Shown here: one piece after another, positions 22,062 to 30,913 of the stretch
How positions within the stretch are numbered: the first letter of the stretch is position 1
Layout: every line of letters begins with the position of its first letter
From: Dehalococcoidia bacterium
Lineage (GTDB): Bacteria; Chloroflexota; Dehalococcoidia; CAUJGQ01
Assembly: GCA_042408665.1 (NCBI GenBank)
Contig: JBHOQW010000106.1
Location: 8,868-72,867 of the forward strand
Reading direction: 5' to 3'
DNA: 64,000 nucleotides
Made by a program: the position numbers and the translations under genes
The notes under the pieces: model-generated
Database searches by the model: none
What the model saw: only the letters and a program-made list of their open reading frames with translations
What the model was told of the DNA's origin: nothing

Positions 22062-22231
22062 CGCGCGCGTCCTGGGATGACTGGCCAGAGGGTACGCAAC
22101 CGGTGGCGGAGGGGCAACCGGCCACATGCCGGCCTCCGGTGCCAGGAACGAGGGATGCCCGCTGGGCATGGGGGCGCTACTGTAGGAGTAGGACCGCCAC
22201 CACGCCTCTCGGTCCAGACGGGAGAGTGACC

Positions 22232-22669
22232 ATGACCACGACATCTAGTCAGCGAATCACCCCAGAGATACGGCAGAGCATCAGCGAGTGTCTGGCCTGT
22301 TACAGCGTCTGCACGGAGACGCTCGGCTATTGCACGGACAAAGGCGGGGCGCTGGCCGCTCCGGAACTGCTGCGTCGGCTGCGTGACTGCGCCGAGCTGT
22401 GCCGCGTGAGCGCCGAGTTCCTACTGCGCGGCTCGGAGCTTGCGGCGCGGCTGTGCGCCTTAACGGCGCAGGCGGCGGCGGCCTGTGCCCAGACCTGCGC
22501 CACCATCCCGGGTGACGCCCAGCTTCACGCCTGCCAGGACGCCTGTCTCCGCTGCGCCGCGTCCTGCAAGGCGGTGACGGCGAACACCCAGACGTCCCTC
22601 GATTGGGACGCCATCGACGCCGAATCCTACCCGGCAAGCGATCCGCCGGCCAGCATGGCGCGCGGCTGA
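22232..22669 (+). CDS. Cys-rich four-helix-bundle protein (DUF326-like, putative copper-binding)
   Basis: ORF 22103..22669 trimmed to ATG 22232 (GGGAGAG upstream). Twelve Cys lie in repeated CxxxC-type spacing across predicted helices. Confidence 0.78.
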   Translation: MTTTSSQRITPEIRQSISECLACYSVCTETLGYCTDKGGALAAPELLRRLRDCAELCRVSAEFLLRGSELAARLCALTAQAAAACAQTCATIPGDAQLHACQDACLRCAASCKAVTANTQTSLDWDAIDAESYPASDPPASMARG

Positions 22670-22699
22670 CGCGCCTGCCCGGCGGGATGCCGGCCGCAC

Positions 22700-22975
22700 C
22701 TAGCGCGATGGGCTGCCGCCGGAGATGGCCGGCAGGAGGTAGATCTCGCTCTCCTCCTGCACAGGGAAGAGGAGGCCGGTATCAACGAGGTTGTCGTCGA
22801 CCGAGATGGAGATCTCCGGCCGAATGCGCCCGTCGGCGATGATCCGTGCGCGGATGCCGGGGCACTCGCGCTCCAGGTTGTCAAACACCTCGCGCAGGTT
22901 CTTGCCCGGCACCCGGACACGGTCACGACCGCCGCTGTAGGAACGCAATAGGGAGGGAATAAACACCACCGGCAT
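22700..22975 (-). CDS. MoaD/ThiS-family (CysO-like) sulfur-carrier protein with a 4-residue tail after Gly-Gly
   Basis: ORF trimmed to ATG 22975. 91 aa reading VFIPSLLRSYSGGRDRVRV...EIYLLPAISGG-SPSR*. Confidence 0.8.
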   Translation of the reverse strand: MPVVFIPSLLRSYSGGRDRVRVPGKNLREVFDNLERECPGIRARIIADGRIRPEISISVDDNLVDTGLLFPVQEESEIYLLPAISGGSPSR

Positions 22976-23221
22976 GGCGCGCTGGCTCCTGGCACGCCGC
23001 GTCTCCGGCCGCACGTCGCTCCTGCAGGGGCGCGGACCTCCTCTGCCGCGGCTTCGCCGGAATTGATCCTCGCCCGGCCACTGGCATGCCGGAGGTACTA
23101 CCCGTCTTCGAAGCGCGATGCAACCTACGCCAGCCCGTGACCATTGTGGCAGGAAGTCCCGCACCAAATCCAGCGGCTGGCCCGGCCTGCAGGCCGCGGT
23201 ACGGCCGCGCCCGTTGCACGG

Positions 23222-25345
23222 CTACCGTGACTCCCCCATGAACCCGTCGGGCAGGGCAATATCCAACACGCGGACGAGAAAGGCCCATCGGTCGGCCGCC
23301 TCCTCGATCAGCTTGTTGGTGGGCTTACCGACGCCGTGGCCGGCCCGCGTCTCAATGCGGATAAGGATGGGGTTGGCACAGGCCTGGGCGGCCTGCAACG
23401 CGGCCGCGAACTTGAAGCTGTGCGCCGGCACCACGCGGTCGTCGTGGTCAGCCGTGGTGAGAAGCGTGGCCGGGTAACAGGTACCGGGGCGCACGTTGTG
23501 CAGGGGCGAGTAGGCGTACAGCGCCCGGAACTCCTCCGGGTCGTCCGGCGAGCCGTAGTCCGAGACCCAGCCCCAGCCGATGGTGAACTTGTGGAAGCGG
23601 AGCATGTCGAACACCCCCACGGCCGGCAGCGCCGCCCCGAACAGCTCCGGCCGTTGCGTCATGCAGGCGCCCACCAGCAACCCGCCGTTGCTGCCGCCGC
23701 CGATGGCCAGCTTCCGGGGGCAGGTGTAGCCCTGGGCGATGAGCCACTCCGCCGCGGCGATGAAGTCGTCGAAGGTGTTCTGCTTCCGCAGCTTCGCCCC
23801 GGCCTGGTGCCACTCCTCCCCGTACTCGCCGCCGCCGCGTACGTTGGCCACCGCGAACACGCCGCCGAGCTCCATCCACACCAGCATGTTCACGGCAAAC
23901 GCCGGCGTCTGGGAGATGTTGAAGCCGCCGTAGCCGTACAGGTAGGTGGGGTTCTGGCCGTCGCGCGCCAGCCCCTTCTTGTGGGTGATGAACATCGGCA
24001 CCCGCGTGCCGTCGCGGCTGGTGTAGAACACCTGTGTGGTCTCAAACTCGTCCGGGTTGAAGCGCAGCCGCGGGGCGCGGTACACCGCGCTTTCGCCCGT
24101 GCGCACGTCGTAGCGGTAGATAACAGCGGGCGTGGTGAAGCTCGTGAAGGCGTAGAACGTCTCCGGATCGTCGCGTCGGCCGTCGAAGCCGGACACGGTG
24201 CCGATGCCCGGCAGCGCCACCTCGTGCAGGAAGCGCCCCTCCAGGTCAAACACCCGCACCAGGCTGTGCGCGTCCTTGAGGTACTGGACAACGAAGCGGC
24301 CGCCCACCACGGAGACGCCCTCCAGCGTCTCGTCCGCCTGCGGGATCACCTCGCGCCAGTGCGCTCGCCCCGGGCAGCGGATATCGACGGCGATCACGCG
24401 GCCGCGCGGCGCGTCCAGGTCGGTGTGGAACCAGAAGAGCGACCCCTCGTTGTCGATGAAATGGTAGGCGGCGTCGAACTCGTTGAGCAGCTCCACCACC
24501 GGGCCCCAGCGCGCCGGCCCGGCGGCCGGGTCGGTGGGGTTGCCTAGGTCCATGTAGAAGACCCGGTTCTTGGTCTCCGTGCCCTGCCAGACGGTGATGA
24601 TGAGGTAGCGGCCGTCATCGGTGACCTGCGCGTCGAACCCCCATTCCTTCTGGTCCGGGCGATGGTAGACGAGCAGATCCGCGGACTGGGGCGTGCCCAG
24701 GCGGTGGTAGTAGAGCTTTTGGAAATAGTTGGTGGCCTCAAGCAGACGGTCGGGCGCGGGCTCGTCGTAGCGACTGTAGAAGAAGCCACGGCCGTCGCGC
24801 GTCCAGGCGACGCCGGAGAACTTTACCCAGCGCAGGTGGTCGTCCAGGTCCCGCCCGGTGGCCACCTCGCGCACCCGCCACTCCTGCCAGTCGGAGCCGG
24901 CGGTGGAGAGGCCGTAGGCCAGCAGGGTGCCGTCCTCGCTCACCGCCGCGCCGGTGAGCGCCACCGTGCCGTCCGCGGCGAGAGCGTTGGGGTCGAGCAG
25001 GGGGCGCGGCTCGGCGTCCGGGCCTTCCTGCACGTACAGAACGCTCTGGTTTTGCAGCCCGTCATTCCTCAGGAAGAAATAGCGGCCGCCCTGCTTGAAC
25101 GGAACGCCGTACTTCTCGTAGTCCCACAGCTCCGTCAGGCGGCGGAGAAGGCGTTCGCGCGCCGGGACGGCGGCCAGAAAGGCGGCGGTGAGCTGATTCT
25201 GGGCCGCGATCCAGGCTTGCGTTTCCGGAGCGTCCGTGTCTTCCAGCCAGCGATAGGGATCGGGCACGGGCGTGCCGTGGTAATCGTCCACCACGTCGGC
25301 GCGGCGGGCCGGCGGGTAGACGAGCGGGGGCTCGGTCACGGTCAT
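23222..25345 (-). CDS. prolyl oligopeptidase (S9A family)
   Basis: ORF 23222..25492 trimmed to ATG 25345 (AAGGAG upstream). Motifs DDYHGTPVPDPYRWLED, GGSNGGLL (nucleophile), ADHDDRV. Confidence 0.92.
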   Translation of the reverse strand: MTVTEPPLVYPPARRADVVDDYHGTPVPDPYRWLEDTDAPETQAWIAAQNQLTAAFLAAVPARERLLRRLTELWDYEKYGVPFKQGGRYFFLRNDGLQNQSVLYVQEGPDAEPRPLLDPNALAADGTVALTGAAVSEDGTLLAYGLSTAGSDWQEWRVREVATGRDLDDHLRWVKFSGVAWTRDGRGFFYSRYDEPAPDRLLEATNYFQKLYYHRLGTPQSADLLVYHRPDQKEWGFDAQVTDDGRYLIITVWQGTETKNRVFYMDLGNPTDPAAGPARWGPVVELLNEFDAAYHFIDNEGSLFWFHTDLDAPRGRVIAVDIRCPGRAHWREVIPQADETLEGVSVVGGRFVVQYLKDAHSLVRVFDLEGRFLHEVALPGIGTVSGFDGRRDDPETFYAFTSFTTPAVIYRYDVRTGESAVYRAPRLRFNPDEFETTQVFYTSRDGTRVPMFITHKKGLARDGQNPTYLYGYGGFNISQTPAFAVNMLVWMELGGVFAVANVRGGGEYGEEWHQAGAKLRKQNTFDDFIAAAEWLIAQGYTCPRKLAIGGGSNGGLLVGACMTQRPELFGAALPAVGVFDMLRFHKFTIGWGWVSDYGSPDDPEEFRALYAYSPLHNVRPGTCYPATLLTTADHDDRVVPAHSFKFAAALQAAQACANPILIRIETRAGHGVGKPTNKLIEEAADRWAFLVRVLDIALPDGFMGESR

Positions 25346-25388
25346 GCGCGGCTCCTTGCGGCAGGGGCCATTGGATCGGCCTGCCCGT

Positions 25389-25604
25389 CTATTCCTCGTC
25401 GACGCCAATCGGCGTGCACTCCATATGGCTGCGCACAAAGCTGGCGGCCACGGCGCGTAGAGCGTCGGGGGTGTCCGGCGCTTCCTCTTCACCGCCGCAC
25501 ACGGAGCAGACCAGAGCGGCCAGCGGTACCCCGCCTCTGCCGCGCCCGCCCTGCTCCAGGCGGATGTGGCGGGGCAGGTTCAGCGGATTGAACCCGGTCG
25601 TCAT
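25389..25604 (-). CDS. hypothetical 71-aa protein with CxxC...HxxC spacing
   Basis: ATG start with GGAGTGAGG about 10 nt upstream. I counted about 80% G/C at third positions. It ends 44 nt before the prolyl oligopeptidase start. Confidence 0.45.
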   Translation of the reverse strand: MTTGFNPLNLPRHIRLEQGGRGRGGVPLAALVCSVCGGEEEAPDTPDALRAVAASFVRSHMECTPIGVDEE

Positions 25605-25682
25605 GCAGATCCGACCTCACTCCAGGAAATGATCTAGCCCTTCGAGTATACGGGATGAGGCGCCGGCAAACGCCGGCCGCCC

Positions 25683-25711
25683 TTGCCCTGGCCCCACCAC
25701 CGCCGTAGGAT
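25683..25711 (+). promoter_or_regulatory. candidate sigma-70 promoter (TTGCCC-N17-TAGGAT) for the S9 peptidase gene
   Basis: Hexamers at 25683-25688 and 25706-25711, 24 nt upstream of ATG 25735 (CAGGAGG Shine-Dalgarno). Confidence 0.4.
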
Positions 25712-25734
25712 CGGGCGGCACAGGAGGCACCGCC

Positions 25735-27768
25735 ATGACCGCCGCACGCCGCCCCGTCCAGCCGGACGATCTCCTCCGCATCAAGACCGTCACCGACGTC
25801 CAGATCGCGCCCGACGGCCGCCGTATCGCCTTCGTGGTCACGGAGTTAGACGCCGAGTCGGATGAAATCCGCTCTAGGATTTGGCTGGTGTCGGCCGACG
25901 GGGGCCCCACCCGCCCTCTGACGTACGGCCCCGGGCGCGACAGCGCCCCCCGTTGGTCCCCGGACGGCCGCTTCCTCGCCTTCCTCTCCGACCGCCCCGG
26001 CCGCGCGGGCGACAGGCCGCAGCTCTACGTGCTGCCTATGGACGGCGGTGAGCCCCGCCGCCTTACCGACCTCGAGCGCGGGGCCGGGCCAGCGGTCTGG
26101 TCGCCGGACGGGCAGATGCTGCTGTTTGCCGCACGAGTGGCGAAGGAGGCGGCGCCGTCGGACGCAGAGGCGCGCCGGCGCTGGGAGCAGCGGCCGCGGG
26201 TGGTGACCCGCGCCCACTACAAGGACGACGGCTCCGGCTACACCTTCGACGCCGCCAGCCAGCTCTTCGTGGTGCCGTTGGACGGCGGCCCGCCGCGTCA
26301 GATCACGAGCGGCGAGGCCAGCAGCCGCGAGCCGGCCTGGTCGCCGGACGGCCGCCGCGTCGCCTTCGTGCGCACGCGCACCGGCCCCGCCGATTACAAC
26401 CTCACCGACCTGTGGGTGTGCGACGCCGACGGCGGTAACACGCAGCGCCTCACCGACGACGTGGGCCGCGCCGCCGCGCCCGCCTGGTCGCCGGACGGGC
26501 GCACCATCGCCTGCTACGGCACGGACACGCAGGTGCCCACGCTGGGCGGGGAGATGACGCGGGTGTGGCTGGTGCCGGCGGAGGGCGGCCCGCCCCGTAA
26601 CCTCACCGCCGCTTACGACCGCTCCCCCTATGCCACTCCCGCCGGACCGCCGGCGCCGCCCGTCTGGTCGCCGGACGGGGCCACCCTCACCCTGCTGGTG
26701 GCGGACGCCGGGGACGTGCACGCGGTGCGCATCACCGTGGAGAGCGGCGCGGTGGAGCCACTCATCACGGGCGAGCGGCAGGTAACGTGGCTCAGCGCCG
26801 TGCCGGGCGGGCCGATCGCCTTTGCCGCCCACGACCCGCTCACCCCCGGCGACGTGTTCGTGTGCCGGTGGGACGGTGTGGAGGAACGGCGTCTGACGGA
26901 CCTAAACGGGGCGCTGCTGGCGGAGCTGGCGCTACCGCGCGTGGAGCGGCGGCAGTTCCGGAGCCCCAACGGCGGCGAGATCGAGGGCTGGCTGGTGCAC
27001 CCACTGGACGGCCGCCGGCCGGCGCCCCTGCTCGTGCACATCCACGGCGGGCCGCACAGCTTCAGCGGCAACGCCTTCAAGATGAGCAGCTTCTATGAGT
27101 ACGTGCTCGCCGGCCGCGGCTGGGCCACCCTGGCCCTCAACCCGAGCGGCTCCGGCTCCTATGGCCGGGACTTCATGCGCAGCCTGCTGGGCCGCTGGGG
27201 CGAGTACGACCTGCCGGAGCAGCTCGCCGCCATCGACCAGCTCGTGGCCGAGGGCATCGCCGACCCGGAGCGGCTGGCCGTGACCGGCTACTCCTACGGC
27301 GGTTACATGACCGCCTGGGTGGTGGGCCACACGGACCGCTTCAAGGCGGCGGTGGTGGGCGCGCCGGTGACCAACCTGGAGTCCTTCTTCGGCACGTCGG
27401 ACATCGGCATGTGGTTCGGCCCCGGCGAGATGTTGGGCGATATCTTCACCGCCCGCGACACCTATCGCCGACTGTCACCGGTGCAGTATGTAGACCGCGT
27501 TACCACGCCCACCCTCATCTTGCACGGCGAGGCGGACGACCGCTGTCCCATCGGCCAGGGCGAGGAGTTCTACATCGGGCTGGTGGCAGCCGGCCGGGCG
27601 CCGTGCGAGTTCGTGCGGTATCCAGGCGCCAGCCACCTGTTCCTCGGCCAGGGCCGCCCCAGCCACCGGGTAGACTACTGCCGGCGGGTGGTGGCGTGGG
27701 TGGAGCGGTACACGCGCGGCGCCCCGGCCCCTGAGCACGCAGCCACGGCCGCGCCCGCCGACGATTGA
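25735..27768 (+). CDS. S9-family serine peptidase (beta-propeller plus acylaminoacyl-peptidase-like catalytic domain)
   Basis: 677 aa. Repeated WSPDGR propeller motifs, GYSYGGYM nucleophile, HGEADDRCP. Confidence 0.9.
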   Translation: MTAARRPVQPDDLLRIKTVTDVQIAPDGRRIAFVVTELDAESDEIRSRIWLVSADGGPTRPLTYGPGRDSAPRWSPDGRFLAFLSDRPGRAGDRPQLYVLPMDGGEPRRLTDLERGAGPAVWSPDGQMLLFAARVAKEAAPSDAEARRRWEQRPRVVTRAHYKDDGSGYTFDAASQLFVVPLDGGPPRQITSGEASSREPAWSPDGRRVAFVRTRTGPADYNLTDLWVCDADGGNTQRLTDDVGRAAAPAWSPDGRTIACYGTDTQVPTLGGEMTRVWLVPAEGGPPRNLTAAYDRSPYATPAGPPAPPVWSPDGATLTLLVADAGDVHAVRITVESGAVEPLITGERQVTWLSAVPGGPIAFAAHDPLTPGDVFVCRWDGVEERRLTDLNGALLAELALPRVERRQFRSPNGGEIEGWLVHPLDGRRPAPLLVHIHGGPHSFSGNAFKMSSFYEYVLAGRGWATLALNPSGSGSYGRDFMRSLLGRWGEYDLPEQLAAIDQLVAEGIADPERLAVTGYSYGGYMTAWVVGHTDRFKAAVVGAPVTNLESFFGTSDIGMWFGPGEMLGDIFTARDTYRRLSPVQYVDRVTTPTLILHGEADDRCPIGQGEEFYIGLVAAGRAPCEFVRYPGASHLFLGQGRPSHRVDYCRRVVAWVERYTRGAPAPEHAATAAPADD

Positions 27769-27778
27769 GGGGCGGTGA

Positions 27779-29278
27779 TCACCCTTCGCCCACGATGGGC
27801 CATGTGGCGAGCCGCGCCAGGGCAAGGGCGGCGCGACGTATGGACGGGAACAGGGGGATGCGCAAGGCGGCGACGCGAGCGGCCAGGGCGCGGTAGTGGG
27901 TCCACGCCGCCGGGTCCGGCGGCGCGCGGAACACCGCCACCACCGGCAGACCGGTCTCGGCGCGGGCGCGGGCCAGTTGAGCGACCGCCGCCTCGATCTG
28001 CGCCTCTGTGGCGCCCGTGTACTTCCACACCGCCCAGCCCAGCTCCAGCCAGGCGACCAGCACATCCACCGCGCCCGTGCCGCCCAGGGCGATGAGGGTG
28101 TCGCCGTAGGCGTCGGACCAGTTCTCGGCGGTGGTGTCCAGCGGGTTCTGGATGATCGTGCCGGCGATGGGGGTGAAGCGGGCGATCTGCGCCCGCGCCT
28201 CGGCCGGCAGGGGCGGCACCTCCAGCCCGGCGCGGATCGCCTCGTCCGCCGCCTGCACCACGTTGCCGCCGCCGGCGCCCACGATGCCCACCCGCCGGCC
28301 GGTGCGCCGCCCCAGAAACTGCCACGCCAGCAGCAGGTCCTCCAGCTCCTCCAGGTCGCCCACTCGCACCGCCCCCGCCTGGCGGATGGCGGCGTCCCAC
28401 ACGGCGGCGGCGCCCGCCAGGCTGGCCGTGTGTGAGGCGGCGGTGCGGGCGCCGGCCTCGGTAAGCCCACCCTTGAGCACCGCTACCGGCTTGCGCGCCG
28501 CCGCCTCCCGCAGCGCGGGGAAGAAGTCGCGCCCGCCGCGTGGCCCCTCGATGTAGCAACCGATCACCGCGGTGTCCGGGTCGGCGGCCAGGTAGCGCAG
28601 CAGGTCCGTCTCGTTCAAGTCGGAGGCGTTGCCGTAGCTGACGACGGTGCTAAAGCGCAGGCCGCGCAGCCCGCCCTCGCGCACGAGCTGCGCCGCGTGG
28701 CCGCCGCTCTGCGACAGCACCCCCACGTGGCCCGGCTCCGTCGGAAAACCGGACGACCAGGCGACGCGCGCCGCCGGGCGGTAGAAGCCGACGCAGTTGG
28801 GGCCGATGATGCGCACACCCCCGGCCCGCGCCCGCACGATGATGCGCCGCTCCAGCTCGGCGCGGGCGGCGTCGCCCGTCTCCGTGAAGCCGGAGGTGAA
28901 GAGGTGCAGGAGCCGCACCCCCTTCTCGATGCACTGTTCCAGCAGGTCGGGCACCGCGGCGGCGGGAATGGCGCAGATCACGTAGTCTACCGGGCCCGGG
29001 ATGGCACGCAGGTCCGGGTAACACGGAAACCCCTGGTATTCGTCCAGCTTGGGGTTGACCGGGTAGAGGCGGCCCGGAGGGCCGTCCGCACCATCGATGA
29101 AGCCCATCTCCAGCAGGCCGCGGAAGAAGGGAAACGGCAGCCCCTCCTGCGTGGAGGGCACGCCGACGATGGCCACCGAGCGGGGGCGGAAGAGCAGGTC
29201 CAGGTCCAGGTCCTGGTCCGGCACGGCACACCCGGTCCAAGGGAGGGAGATGCGCGGGCGGCAGACCGCCGCGCTCAT
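27779..29278 (-). CDS. CoA-binding / NDP-forming acyl-CoA synthetase alpha-like protein (no ATP-grasp part seen)
   Basis: 499 aa. PRSVAIVGV...LYPVNP...DYVICAIPA (CoA-binding Rossmann) followed by a succinyl-CoA-ligase-like flavodoxin domain. Confidence 0.78.
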   Translation of the reverse strand: MSAAVCRPRISLPWTGCAVPDQDLDLDLLFRPRSVAIVGVPSTQEGLPFPFFRGLLEMGFIDGADGPPGRLYPVNPKLDEYQGFPCYPDLRAIPGPVDYVICAIPAAAVPDLLEQCIEKGVRLLHLFTSGFTETGDAARAELERRIIVRARAGGVRIIGPNCVGFYRPAARVAWSSGFPTEPGHVGVLSQSGGHAAQLVREGGLRGLRFSTVVSYGNASDLNETDLLRYLAADPDTAVIGCYIEGPRGGRDFFPALREAAARKPVAVLKGGLTEAGARTAASHTASLAGAAAVWDAAIRQAGAVRVGDLEELEDLLLAWQFLGRRTGRRVGIVGAGGGNVVQAADEAIRAGLEVPPLPAEARAQIARFTPIAGTIIQNPLDTTAENWSDAYGDTLIALGGTGAVDVLVAWLELGWAVWKYTGATEAQIEAAVAQLARARAETGLPVVAVFRAPPDPAAWTHYRALAARVAALRIPLFPSIRRAALALARLATWPIVGEG

Positions 29279-29320
29279 GGTACCGGATGGGCACCATACG
29301 CAACAGCGGCACCCGACGGC

Positions 29321-29851
29321 TCACGTCGCCACCAGGACGGTGCCGACCACCACCAGCGCGGCGCCGGTCCACACGCGGCGACCGGGCCGCTCCCCGGAGA
29401 GGGCGATGCCGATCAGCACCGATACCTCGCGCAGGGTGGCGACACGCCCGGCGTCGACTCGCTGGAAGGCGAGCAGCACCAGGAGCTAGGCGGCCGCGCT
29501 GCCCACGGCCACCCGCGCGCCCGGCCCCAGGGCGGCGCGCAGGCGTGTCATATCGCCCCGCAGCCCGCCGGCAAGCAGCCCGCCGGTCAGCAGCAGCACC
29601 GCGCCCAGGTAAGCGGGCGGGGCGGCCCGTCGCACGGCGCGGGCGTCGATCACGCCGTAGCCGGCGATGGCCGCGCCCGTGAGCAGGGCAAACGCCACCG
29701 CGTTGCCTTGGCCCGTCTGCCGGCCGGCGAGGGCGAGCAGGTTCGCCACGGCCAGCGCCGGCGCACAGTCCCCGGCGGCGTGCAGCGTCCGGTTTCGGAG
29801 CGCGTGAACGGTCGCGGCGGCCAGTACCAGCAGCAAGGCGGCGAGCGACAT
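29321..29851 (-). pseudogene. EamA/DMT-family transporter remnant with an in-frame TAG (29486-29488)
   Basis: ORF 29486..29983 is hydrophobic from M45. The same frame continues for 54 codons after the TAG as LLVLLAFQRVDAGRVATLREVSVLIGIALSGERPG...GAALVVVGTVLVAT*, which is a typical EamA C-terminus. Total length is far short of a 10-TM EamA protein. Confidence 0.5.
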
Positions 29852-29977
29852 CGGCCCCTTCCCAGCCGCGGCCCACACGGGCGCCGGCGTCCTGGACCAC
29901 CGGCGCCACGCGTGGGTGTTCCCCCCTGTGCCCCCGTCGCCTATCATGCGCCCAGCATCCGCCGGGAGAGATCGGTC

Positions 29978-30913
29978 ATGCACATTGGGGTCTCACTCAC
30001 CACCGCCTACCCGCTCACGCGCGATCCGAAGGAGGTTGGGCGGGAGCTGGTAGAGCGGGCCCGCGCCATCCGCGCCGCCGGGCTGGACTCCCTGTTCGTC
30101 GGCGACCACCACGCCACGCCGGGCCATTACTTCCAGAACGTGCCCACCATCGCCCGCCTGATGGCCGAGGTGGGTGAGATGACCACCGGCGCGCTGTTCC
30201 TCATGCCGCTCCACCATCCCGTGCTCATGGCCGAACAGGTGGGCACGCTGTGGGCGCTGGCGCGGGGACCGTTCGTGCTCATCGCCGCCGTCGGCGATGG
30301 CGAAGAGCAATTCGCCCCCTTCGGTGTGCCGCTGCGCCAGCGGCCCAGCCGCATGGAGGAGCACCTCACCATCGTCCGCCGGCTGTTGGCCGGCGAGCGC
30401 CTGACGTATGCGGGCCGCTACCACCGGCTCAAGGATGTGGCCATTCACCCCGTCCCCAGCGAGCCGATCCCGATCTGGATCGGCGCCTCCGCCCGCCCGG
30501 CCCTGGAGCGCGCCGGCGCCCTGGGCGATGCCTGGCTGGCGGCGCCGGGCGCCGTGGGCGAGGAGCTGACCACCCAGGCGGATATCTACCGTCAGGCCGC
30601 GGCACGCGCCGGCCGCCGGCCGGTGCTGGCCATCCGCCGCGACGTGTACGTGGGCGAGAGCGACCGTGAGGCGGAAGAGGCGACGGCGCCGGTACTGGCG
30701 CGCGGTTACCGTGGCTTCCGGCGAGAGGCGCTGATCATCGGCGGGCCGGAGACGGTGATCGCGGAGCTGCACACGCTGCACGAGCTGGGTTTCGAGCACG
30801 TGCTCGTGCGCCACATCGTCCCCCAGCAGGAGCTGGTGCTGGCCTCCTACCGCCGCCTGGGCGAGCAGGTGCTGCCCGTGGTGCGCCGCTGGGGCGCGCC
30901 CGCTCACGCGTGA
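29978..30913 (+). CDS. LLM-class (luciferase-like) flavin/F420-dependent oxidoreductase
   Basis: C-terminal 311 aa of ORF 28697..30913. ATG 29978 follows GGGAGAG. Segments DSLFVGDHH...PIWIGASARPALERAGALGDAWL. Confidence 0.86.
   Translation: MHIGVSLTTAYPLTRDPKEVGRELVERARAIRAAGLDSLFVGDHHATPGHYFQNVPTIARLMAEVGEMTTGALFLMPLHHPVLMAEQVGTLWALARGPFVLIAAVGDGEEQFAPFGVPLRQRPSRMEEHLTIVRRLLAGERLTYAGRYHRLKDVAIHPVPSEPIPIWIGASARPALERAGALGDAWLAAPGAVGEELTTQADIYRQAAARAGRRPVLAIRRDVYVGESDREAEEATAPVLARGYRGFRREALIIGGPETVIAELHTLHELGFEHVLVRHIVPQQELVLASYRRLGEQVLPVVRRWGAPAHA

Noticed and set aside
22700-25604. Small Cys ORF, prolyl oligopeptidase and MoaD-like carrier together as a RiPP or thio-modification gene cluster.
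   Set aside because: No cyclodehydratase, radical-SAM, lanthionine synthetase, E1-like or transporter genes accompany them. The three genes are separated by spacers with their own signals. I kept them only as individual low-confidence observations.
29486-29488. In-frame TAG in the EamA-like gene read as pyrrolysine or programmed read-through.
   Set aside because: No pyl genes or PYLIS-like context are visible. The gene is also truncated relative to the family, so simple decay or a sequencing error is far more likely.
28697-29977. The N-terminal roughly 427 aa of the 738-aa ORF 28697..30913.
   Set aside because: Only the last 311 aa (from ATG 29978, which has a Shine-Dalgarno site) look like a luciferase-like oxidoreductase. 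The upstream part is antisense to the CoA-binding protein and the EamA remnant and is compositionally junk.
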